A stretch of 64,000 nucleotides of DNA from Elusimicrobiota bacterium (lineage in GTDB: Bacteria > Elusimicrobiota > Elusimicrobia > F11), in the NCBI GenBank assembly GCA_044221725.1, contig JBGAON010000004.1, forward strand, positions 192,001 to 256,000. The letters run 5' to 3'. Of the stretch, positions 45,894 through 53,514 are shown piece after piece; the stretch's first letter is position 1, and each line of letters opens with the position of its first letter. Position numbers and translations under genes: made by a program. The notes below the pieces were generated by a model. It made no database searches, was not told the origin of the DNA, and saw only the letters and a program-made list of their open reading frames with translations.

Positions 45894-47954
45894 TCAGGCA
45901 ACTTTTTCCTTGTATTCGGAATCGTCCCACACAATCCGAATATCCAATGGTTCTTTGTGCGAGACGCGCAGCGCTCCCCACGCGAGCGCCAGGTGCTCCA
46001 TTTGGATGTCGGGGGAAAACTTGCCCGATTTTCCCACGATAATTTCTTTGGCCCCGATGCTGTGCGCCACTTGCGCCATCGCGTAATAAGGATCGTTTGA
46101 AGGAACCATGAGCGGAATCACCGGATGCCCCGCTTTTTCGGCCAGCGCGATGATCTGCGTGAAAAGGACTTCTTCTTCGCTGTTGGGTTTCGATACGTCG
46201 CCATCCAACTGCGCGTTCTGAAGAATTTTCGTCGTCATAACAACGACGTCGGTTTCATGATGATTGACCTGTTTGAGCGCCGCTCGCAAATGCGCAAGAT
46301 TGCGCGGATCGCGCACGGCCACGACAATGCGATTTGGTTTTGAAACTCCGCACACGTGTGGCGTCAGCGTGTCCACCTGCGTCAAATTCACCGGATCAAT
46401 GTGCCCGTGTTCGGTCAAGCCGTCAGCGTGTGCCGGCGCCGCGTGTTTCATTTTGTGTTTGTTGATTTTTTCGGAGATCGTAAACACAATGAAAAATGCG
46501 AGCGTGAAAATGGCGCCGGCGATGGTGGCCACACGTTTTGTGAACAAGTTAACGATCGCCGTCGAAAAAAGGACACCGAAGATGAGAAACAGCCCCACCG
46601 GAATTTCGTGTTTGCCGATGCGAATGTTGAACGGAACTTTGTATTCGCGCGGCGAACGGTCGTAATAGCGCAGCACGATGATCGCCATCGATTTGAACAC
46701 AAAACTCCAAATGACGCCGAACGCGTAGGCTTCGCCGAGCATGTACACATCGCCACGGCACAACAGAAGCGTAACGATCTGCAAGAACACCGTGAGATTG
46801 ATCAGCCGATACGATGTGCCATATTTTGGATGCGGCGCTCGGAGAAAATCGGGCAGCACCCCGTCTTCCCCAACACGCGCAAGAACACCGTTCGAACCCA
46901 CAATCGCCGTGTTAACGGCGCCCGCCAAAATGAGAAACCCGACGAGCACCACGAACGCTTGAAACAACAACCGAAGGCTCAGTGGGCCCACCATATACAT
47001 CGTGAGTCCACTGATGAGATTGTCCGAGTAATGCGCGAGCCGAACGTTGTCCGGAATAATCATGATCGCGAAGAAACTCACGATGGAAGTCAATAACATG
47101 CTGTACAAGAAAATAATGAAGCCCGTGCGCTTCAAGTTTTTGAGTTTCGGCGCTTCCAGCTCCCGGTAGACCTGCGCCAACGATTCTTCGCCGCTCATGG
47201 CGAGCAGCGTGTGGCCGAACGCCATGAGAATCCCAGTCATGCCGAGCGGCTTGATGCTCGCGTTGTATTTCCAAAGCCATCCCCACGCCTCGGTCGAGAA
47301 CACCGGCGTGATGGGCGGTAGGTGAAAACCGCGAACAGCGAGCGTAAGGGCGCCCCATGCAATCATGATCACGGCCATGATCGTTGTGGCGATCATTATT
47401 TTTAATGCTTTGCTGCTCGACTCCGGAACGCCCTTGATATTTTCCCACCAGAAATAAATCGTCACGCCGAGCGCGAACAACATCGCAAAAATATTTTGAT
47501 TCAAATGCCACGGCACGTGCGCTATGGGAAGCAGTGTGTTGATGAGGCCAACCATATATTGTCCGGCCGAAACCGCGCTGATCGGACCCGTCAAAACATA
47601 ATCAAACATGAGCGCCGACACCGAAAGTTTCGCCGTCACGCCACCCAGGCGGTTTCCAAAAATCGCCATTTCCGCTTGTTTGACGACGCGGTAAACACCG
47701 CCGCGCACGAAAAGCCCGCACGACTCCATGTAAAGCGAGCGAACCGCGTACGAGAAAAGCATGACACCCAGAATAAACCACGGCGCCGCTTTTCCGATCG
47801 CTTGTTCGGCAATGCCACCGATATAGTAAGCGGTCGACGCGAGATCGCACAACACGATCGCCGATGCGCGCCAAAAACTAATAAAGCTCAGCATCGCGGT
47901 CGTGACCACAATGACGTTTTGTGCGGATCGTTTGGTGGGGGCGGTTGCGGTCAT
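45894..47954 (-). CDS. APC-family permease with C-terminal USP-like domain
   Basis: About 12 TM helices; DLASTAYY, GGVYRVV, DYVLTGPIS, MSGEES, AYAFGV; tail RIVVAV..DVVVM..AKEIIVGKS. Confidence 0.88.
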   Translation of the reverse strand: MTATAPTKRSAQNVIVVTTAMLSFISFWRASAIVLCDLASTAYYIGGIAEQAIGKAAPWFILGVMLFSYAVRSLYMESCGLFVRGGVYRVVKQAEMAIFGNRLGGVTAKLSVSALMFDYVLTGPISAVSAGQYMVGLINTLLPIAHVPWHLNQNIFAMLFALGVTIYFWWENIKGVPESSSKALKIMIATTIMAVIMIAWGALTLAVRGFHLPPITPVFSTEAWGWLWKYNASIKPLGMTGILMAFGHTLLAMSGEESLAQVYRELEAPKLKNLKRTGFIIFLYSMLLTSIVSFFAIMIIPDNVRLAHYSDNLISGLTMYMVGPLSLRLLFQAFVVLVGFLILAGAVNTAIVGSNGVLARVGEDGVLPDFLRAPHPKYGTSYRLINLTVFLQIVTLLLCRGDVYMLGEAYAFGVIWSFVFKSMAIIVLRYYDRSPREYKVPFNIRIGKHEIPVGLFLIFGVLFSTAIVNLFTKRVATIAGAIFTLAFFIVFTISEKINKHKMKHAAPAHADGLTEHGHIDPVNLTQVDTLTPHVCGVSKPNRIVVAVRDPRNLAHLRAALKQVNHHETDVVVMTTKILQNAQLDGDVSKPNSEEEVLFTQIIALAEKAGHPVIPLMVPSNDPYYAMAQVAHSIGAKEIIVGKSGKFSPDIQMEHLALAWGALRVSHKEPLDIRIVWDDSEYKEKVA

Positions 47955-48481
47955 AGCGCCCTCGCATTCGTCAGCGCGCGTTCGTGGGAGCGAATGGTTT
48001 CAAGCACCCAGTTCGAATTGTTCGCGTGCAAAAGCGATTGCCGAAATTCTCGGTCTTGAAAAAGCGTGGCCGCGCCCGCGAGAAATGCGAGATGCATCTT
48101 CATGTCGTTTGCGGGTCCAACAAACAGCAAACAGAGCCGAGCCTCTTCGCTTTCGCTATTGGTTCCGTTCGACGGGGCAACGACACCGAACGCGCAGTGG
48201 ATTCCGGTCAATCCCGGCACGCGTGCGTGGGGGATCGCGATATCCTTATCCAGAATCGTTGAGCCGATTTGTTCGCGCGCAAGAACCGAACGAAGCGCAA
48301 TGTCCGGTTCGGGCAAATGAAGAACATCGATGAGTCGCGCAAAAATATCTTTCTTTGGAAGCCCGGCTGGCAAAAACAATATTTTCTCTAACGATAAAAA
48401 AGAACCAATGAGCGTCGTTTGTTCGTTCATCATCGGTACCGTGTGTGGTTCCTCTTTTTTCTGCTTAATAAACCAATTCAT
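47951..48481 (-). CDS. PTS EIIA (PtsN/fructose-mannitol type) domain protein
   Basis: AREQIGST....IAIPHAR phospho-His motif; H..FLA; ATGA overlap with the permease. Confidence 0.88.
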   Translation of the reverse strand: MNWFIKQKKEEPHTVPMMNEQTTLIGSFLSLEKILFLPAGLPKKDIFARLIDVLHLPEPDIALRSVLAREQIGSTILDKDIAIPHARVPGLTGIHCAFGVVAPSNGTNSESEEARLCLLFVGPANDMKMHLAFLAGAATLFQDREFRQSLLHANNSNWVLETIRSHERALTNARAL

Positions 48482-48487
48482 AAAGGA

Positions 48488-48796
48488 CTACTTCCTGGAG
48501 GCCGCAGGAGTTTTTTCTGTCGGTGCGGCGGAACAGCTTTTGTCGGCCACGTTTTTTATTCGCCGTTGATCTTGCTCGAGACTTTTCACGACGCTGCTCA
48601 ACAAGCGTTCTTGTTGTTCGAGTTGTTCGGTGACGCTATTAAAGCGCTGCACCGCCAGCGTGTCCGTGCGGGACGTATCGAACGCGGCTTTGGATTCGGG
48701 CGCGACGCTTGTCGATGGCGGGTACACCGCGGCCGCTGGGCGTGCAAAACCCATGGCCAATGCGCCTGCCGCGCAGATCAGAGATATTTTCTTCAT
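48488..48796 (-). CDS. Small secreted coiled-coil protein
   Basis: AAGGAGGAG RBS; signal peptide ending AAA; heptad-rich core. Confidence 0.7.
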   Translation of the reverse strand: MKKISLICAAGALAMGFARPAAAVYPPSTSVAPESKAAFDTSRTDTLAVQRFNSVTEQLEQQERLLSSVVKSLEQDQRRIKNVADKSCSAAPTEKTPAASRK

Positions 48797-48828
48797 GGCT
48801 CCTCCTTAAATATGTGGGAACGCCTATG

Positions 48829-48884
48829 AAGTTAGCGCACGTCGCCGTAAGAACTCCATTACGAGGGTGTTACGAAACCGTTAA
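48829..48884 (-). promoter_or_regulatory. Four 11-bp-phased direct-repeat boxes (candidate KdpE sites) plus -10 TAACTT
   Basis: Minus-strand hexamers TTAACG (48879-84), GTAACA (48868-73), GTAATG (48857-62) and CTTACG (48846-51); TAACTT at 48829-34. Confidence 0.6.
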
Positions 48885-48900
48885 TGCGGAGAACGGAAAT

Positions 48901-49596
48901 TTAGTCTTCGGATTCGAGACGGTAACCGACGCCGGGCTCGGTTTTGAGGATTTGCGGCCGCACCGGATCGGCTTCGATGCGCTGACGGAGTTGATGAACA
49001 ATGATGCGCACCGATTCCGGAGAGACATCGCGGCTTTCGCCCCACACGGTTTTGATCAGTTGCTGTTGGCTGACCACTTGCCCGGCGTGGCGCACGAGCG
49101 CCGCCAACAAATCAAACTGAAGCGGAGAAAGATGAATTTCCTTTTTCTTTAGAAACACGCGGTGGTTAACAAGGTCCACGCGTAGGCCCAAGTGTTCGTA
49201 AACGGGCGGAACGTCCTCCGGTTTTCGTTGCGAATGCCGCAGCGCAACGCGCAACCGCGCCATGAGTTCAGCAACACCAAACGGCTTCGTGAGATAATCA
49301 TCGGCGCCCGCGTCGAGCCCGGCAATCTTGTCGGACTCTTGTCCACGCGCCGAAACAATAATGACTGGCGCGGACGTCCATTGCCGAAGTGTTTTCAATG
49401 TTTGAAGCCCATCTTGATCCGGAAGTCCCAGATCCAAAAGAATCGCTTCCGGGCGGCAAGTGGCCGCGAGTTCGAGACCGCGTTTGGCGGTTTGCGCATC
49501 AATCATGTCCCATCCCGCTTGTTCCAACGACGACTTTAAGAATCGCAGGATCGCCGGTTCGTCTTCAATAACCAAAACGGTTTTGTCGTGTTTCAC
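48901..49596 (-). CDS. kdpE: KdpE-like OmpR-family response regulator
   Basis: LVIEDE..I.RFL, LLDLGLPD.DG, VSAR..ESDKI..LDAGADDYLTKPFG, QLR.RIE.DP.RP..L.TEPGVGYRL. Confidence 0.9.
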   Translation of the reverse strand: MKHDKTVLVIEDEPAILRFLKSSLEQAGWDMIDAQTAKRGLELAATCRPEAILLDLGLPDQDGLQTLKTLRQWTSAPVIIVSARGQESDKIAGLDAGADDYLTKPFGVAELMARLRVALRHSQRKPEDVPPVYEHLGLRVDLVNHRVFLKKKEIHLSPLQFDLLAALVRHAGQVVSQQQLIKTVWGESRDVSPESVRIIVHQLRQRIEADPVRPQILKTEPGVGYRLESED

Positions 49597-49600
49597 ACAT

Positions 49601-50647
49601 TTATTCCAACGGCAGCGTTATACGAAACATCGCTCCTCCGTTCGGATGGTTCTCTGCCCAGATACGCCCGCCGTGCGCGTTCACAATGGCGCGACAGATC
49701 GAAAGTCCAAGTCCCACGCCGGCGGAGGCCGGGTGCCGATAAAATTTGTCGAACACGCGCTCGAGATCGGTGATCGCGAGACCGTTGCCTTTGTCCATCA
49801 CCATGATGGAGGCGGATCCGTTTTCGACTTTTGCGTCGATGGAGATTGGGACGCCGGCGGCTGTGTGCCGCGCCGCGTTCTCGAGCAAGTTCACGAACAC
49901 TTGCTCCATGAGCAGGCCGTCCATTGGTACGGGCGGCAACGATTCATCGATTTGAACAGCGACCGTTCGATGGCTGAGCGTTTTTTTCAAACGTTCGAGT
50001 GCGGTGCCGATCACTTCGTCCAGCGGATAACGTTCTTTGCGTACGCGCAGCGCGCCCGATTCAAGCCGTGTTGTTTCGAGCAAGTTCTGCACTTGGCGCG
50101 AAAGATGTTCGGCTTCGTCTTCGATGGTTTCAAGAAGTTCGACCGCGGTGGTGTTTGAACGAACATCCGCGCGATCAAGCAGCGTGCTGGCCGACCCGAC
50201 AATCGCTGTGAGCGGGGTGCGGAAATCATGCGAGATGGAACTTAACAGCGAATTCCGCAGCCGTTCCGTTTCAACTTCGATTTGGGCTTTCTTCGCTTTG
50301 GCTTCTTCTTGGCGCGCGAGTTCGGTTTGCGAACGCGAATGAATCGTGAGATGGCTGATGATCATGGCCACGATCAACATTGCAACAAACGTGAACACGT
50401 ATTCGGCGTCGGCCACCGTAAGCGAGAACCGCGGCGGAACAAAAAAGAAATCGAAACACAAAACGCTGAGCACCGATGAAAAAATTGCCGGTCCGCGGTG
50501 CCCGCGCGCGGCGACGAACACCGTGCCCAACAGATACAGCATGACGAGGTTAATGATATGGAAGTGCGCAAAGATACCGAACGAAACGGCGGTCGACGCG
50601 GCCGCAACGAGCGTAGCGAATCCGTATTCGCGAAGCCGGTTTTTCAA
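49601..50647 (-). CDS. kdpD: Truncated KdpD-like sensor kinase (DUF4118 TM domain + HisKA + HATPase only)
   Basis: NLVMLYLLG, FDFFFVPPRFSL, ETERLRNSLLSSISHDFRTPL, NLLENA..H, GLGLSIC. Start uncertain (TTG at 50647 or 50704). Confidence 0.85.
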   Translation of the reverse strand: MKNRLREYGFATLVAAASTAVSFGIFAHFHIINLVMLYLLGTVFVAARGHRGPAIFSSVLSVLCFDFFFVPPRFSLTVADAEYVFTFVAMLIVAMIISHLTIHSRSQTELARQEEAKAKKAQIEVETERLRNSLLSSISHDFRTPLTAIVGSASTLLDRADVRSNTTAVELLETIEDEAEHLSRQVQNLLETTRLESGALRVRKERYPLDEVIGTALERLKKTLSHRTVAVQIDESLPPVPMDGLLMEQVFVNLLENAARHTAAGVPISIDAKVENGSASIMVMDKGNGLAITDLERVFDKFYRHPASAGVGLGLSICRAIVNAHGGRIWAENHPNGGAMFRITLPLE

Positions 50648-50660
50648 ACGGGCTTCCGCT

Positions 50661-50978
50661 TTACATGGATCCTTTCGCTGAATTTCCAGCGACCAACAAT
50701 TCAAACGTCACGATCTCCGGTGGCGCCGCAACCAGCGCGGGCACTTTCTTGAACAAGTCTTGAATGTGCGGCGTTTTGAGATGCGCGTCGAGCGCTTCTT
50801 TTGAAACCCAGCGTTCCACCACAAGAAACGAAGCAGGATCCTCAATACCGCGGTGCACCGCGTAACGCAAACAACCGTGTTCGTCGTGCGTGGGCGGAAC
50901 AACCGCGCGCAGCGCGGCCTCTAACTCTTTTTCCTTGCCGGGTTTTGCTTTTGCGCGTGCGGTGACAGTAACGTTCAT
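50661..50978 (-). CDS. Antibiotic biosynthesis monooxygenase (putative quinol monooxygenase) family
   Basis: AKPGKE, E.GCL.Y, F.VVERW.S.EAL.AH..TPH; GGAGG RBS. Confidence 0.9.
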   Translation of the reverse strand: MNVTVTARAKAKPGKEKELEAALRAVVPPTHDEHGCLRYAVHRGIEDPASFLVVERWVSKEALDAHLKTPHIQDLFKKVPALVAAPPEIVTFELLVAGNSAKGSM

Positions 50979-51105
50979 GAAGGACCTCCGAAAGGTTTTG
51001 CTCGCGAACAACCAAAAACGATTCGGCTTTATAGAAATTATTGATCGCTGTTGGATATTTCAAAATCGTGCTTGTTTTGCGAAGGTTCGCCGTTCATAAT
51101 CTCCT

Positions 51106-52386
51106 ATGTCTTTTTCCGCACGTCCCGCGCCGCACAAATACGAGACTGTTTTCTGTATTTTCCTGGTGATGTTGGCGTTTCTGTATCGGGACAATCCGCA
51201 TCTCGTTTATCCCCAAATTCTGTACTTGTTTGTGACGCTGCTCGCACTGAACCTGTTCGCAAATTTTTGTTTGAAAAAATGGGGAAGTCGCGCCAGCGTG
51301 GCCGCGCTGTTTATTCTCGGAAATTGCGCAACGATCACGGCGATTCTTAATTTCTCCGGCAAAGACGAGTCCAACTTGTGGGTGCTTTTTCTGCTGCCCA
51401 TTTACACGGTGTGCATGTTGCTGAACGGTCGTGAAGTGGTGTGGATTACGTTTGGTGTGATCAGTTTCAATTGGGCGTATCATCAATTTTCGATTGCGAA
51501 TTGGGACGCCGAAACGATGTTCTTTGTGTCGCTCAAAAGCGGCATTTTTATTTTTGCGGCCGTTGCCACGTGGTCCATCGCGAGCCGAGACCGCCGTGCG
51601 CGTGAGCGTGTGGCGCATCAGAAAGTGGAACTCATCGAACTTGAGCAGCGGCTGAAAGAACAAGGGGACCAGGTGAGCCAGATGGAAAAAATGGCCGACA
51701 TTGGGCAGCTCACGTCCGGCGTTGCGCACGATTTGAACAATCCAATCGCCGTGATTATCGGTACCGCCAAAATGTTGCTGGAAGAGGACGCGCTGGACCA
51801 CTGGTTGCGCCCGGAGCTTGAACGAATTTTGCGCTCGGCCGATTTGTGTCGCGTGATCACGCTGAACCTGCTCGGTCTTGTGAAGCAAAACGAACTGTAT
51901 TTTCAAATGCGCGACATCAACGAATTGATTGATTCCGTTCTGACATTGTACGGAAATACATTGGAACAATCGTCCATTAAAGTCGAAAAAAAATACGCGC
52001 CGGATTTGCCCGCTTTGGCCCTCAGTGAATCGCAATTGCAGCGCGTGTTCCTAAATCTTTTTGCAAACGCGCGCGCCGCCATGAAAGAGGGTGGAACGCT
52101 CACGCTCACCACGCGTTTTTTCGCGGGTCGTCGCCTGAACGAGGGGTCGATGGTGGAAATCACCGTCGAAGACACGGGGCCCGGAATTTCGGCCGATGCC
52201 ATGCCGAAACTCTTCAAGCCTTTTAATACCACGAAAGGTCCCGATGGGAATGGTTTGGGCCTCTATATCAGTCGCGAGATCGTAAACAAACACAACGGCG
52301 TGTTGCAGGCCACCAATCGGTCGCAAGGTGGTGCGCGGTTTTCTATCTTGCTGCCCGCCGAACAACTGCAAGCGCTCGCCGCTTAA
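51106..52386 (+). CDS. Membrane sensor histidine kinase (NtrB/LuxQ-like), no adjacent regulator
   Basis: About six N-terminal TM helices; EKMA.IGQL.SGVAHDLNNP, QRVFLNL..NA, DTGPGI, F.TTK...GNGLGL. Confidence 0.9.
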   Translation: MSFSARPAPHKYETVFCIFLVMLAFLYRDNPHLVYPQILYLFVTLLALNLFANFCLKKWGSRASVAALFILGNCATITAILNFSGKDESNLWVLFLLPIYTVCMLLNGREVVWITFGVISFNWAYHQFSIANWDAETMFFVSLKSGIFIFAAVATWSIASRDRRARERVAHQKVELIELEQRLKEQGDQVSQMEKMADIGQLTSGVAHDLNNPIAVIIGTAKMLLEEDALDHWLRPELERILRSADLCRVITLNLLGLVKQNELYFQMRDINELIDSVLTLYGNTLEQSSIKVEKKYAPDLPALALSESQLQRVFLNLFANARAAMKEGGTLTLTTRFFAGRRLNEGSMVEITVEDTGPGISADAMPKLFKPFNTTKGPDGNGLGLYISREIVNKHNGVLQATNRSQGGARFSILLPAEQLQALAA

Positions 52387-52395
52387 AACCTTCGA

Positions 52396-53446
52396 TAGAA
52401 GTTCGCATAGTAAGTGCAACAGTAAGTAGTTGAGGAGTTGGTTATCCCTTTAAACTGAGGGATACCATGAAATACAAGCACTTAACCGACGGCGAACGAG
52501 AAACGTTGTCGTATATGAGAGCTTGTGGCAAATCGATACGAGAGGCAGCGTTCTATTTGAATCGAGCGCCCAGTACGATTGCCAGAGAAATACGGCGCAA
52601 TAAGAGTCGAGCACGTTATCGGTCCCATCTGGCCCATCGGGCTGCTATAGATCGACGCCATCAGACGCTCCGACGTCAACATCGGTTTAAAGCTGATCCT
52701 CAGCTGAGAGATCGTGTTATCGAATGGCTTAAGGCAGGATGGTCCCCTGAGATTATCGCAGGCCGACTGAAGCGTGAAGCCCATGGCAAGTCCGTAATAC
52801 ATCATGAGACCATCTATCGTTGGATTTATCGATACGATCGATCTCTCATCAAGTGTCTCGTCCGATCACATCCTCGTCGGTATCGTCGTCATCAACGGCG
52901 CTGGCCGAATCGAATTATCCCTCGACGGATTTCAATTCTCCAGCGCCCCGATTTCATTAACCAGCGCAAACAACCAGGGCATTGGGAATCTGACTTGGTG
53001 TGGGGATCTGGACGCGCTGCTCTGCAAGTGCTTGTCGAACGAAAAACCCGTTTCGTCTTTATTCGCAGAACCCGCAATAAATCCGCTCAAGCCAATTACG
53101 ATGCGCTCTCTGAAGCATTGGAACAAATCCCAACTTCTTTACGGCGCACCATCACGTATGATAATGGAAGCGAGAACACACTGCATTGTGAACTCAATGA
53201 CCGTTTCCAACTGCAATCGTTCTTCTGTCAGCCGTATCACGCCTGGGAAAAGGGAACCGTAGAAAACACCAACGGTCTGATCCGTCGATACTTCCCCAAA
53301 CGCACCAACTTCGATACCATCTCAGTTCACCAAATCGAAGACGTTCAACGTCGCCTTAACAACAGACCTAGAAAATGTCTTCGCTTTCAAACAGCCGGGG
53401 AAGCCTATTCTTCCACCTTCCGTTGCACTTAAAACGCGAATTCAGC
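52396..53446 (+). mobile_element. IS30-family insertion sequence (~1051 bp)
   Basis: Imperfect 25-bp terminal inverted repeats (17/25 identical; core TTCGC....TAAGTGCAAC) flanked by a CGA direct repeat at 52393-95 and 53447-49; encodes an IS30 transposase. Confidence 0.9.
52467..53432 (+). CDS. IS30-family transposase
   Basis: HTH Y.HLT..ER..LNRAPSTI.RE.RRN; WSPE.IAG; HETIY; DDE residues in GHWESD / TYDNGSE / WEKGTVENTNGLIR. Confidence 0.96.
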   Translation: MKYKHLTDGERETLSYMRACGKSIREAAFYLNRAPSTIAREIRRNKSRARYRSHLAHRAAIDRRHQTLRRQHRFKADPQLRDRVIEWLKAGWSPEIIAGRLKREAHGKSVIHHETIYRWIYRYDRSLIKCLVRSHPRRYRRHQRRWPNRIIPRRISILQRPDFINQRKQPGHWESDLVWGSGRAALQVLVERKTRFVFIRRTRNKSAQANYDALSEALEQIPTSLRRTITYDNGSENTLHCELNDRFQLQSFFCQPYHAWEKGTVENTNGLIRRYFPKRTNFDTISVHQIEDVQRRLNNRPRKCLRFQTAGEAYSSTFRCT

Positions 53447-53514
53447 CGAAAACCGTTACAAGTCGTTCACGACTCCTTAAAAGATCCTTAATATATTTTA
53501 GTTGTAATGAGCGC

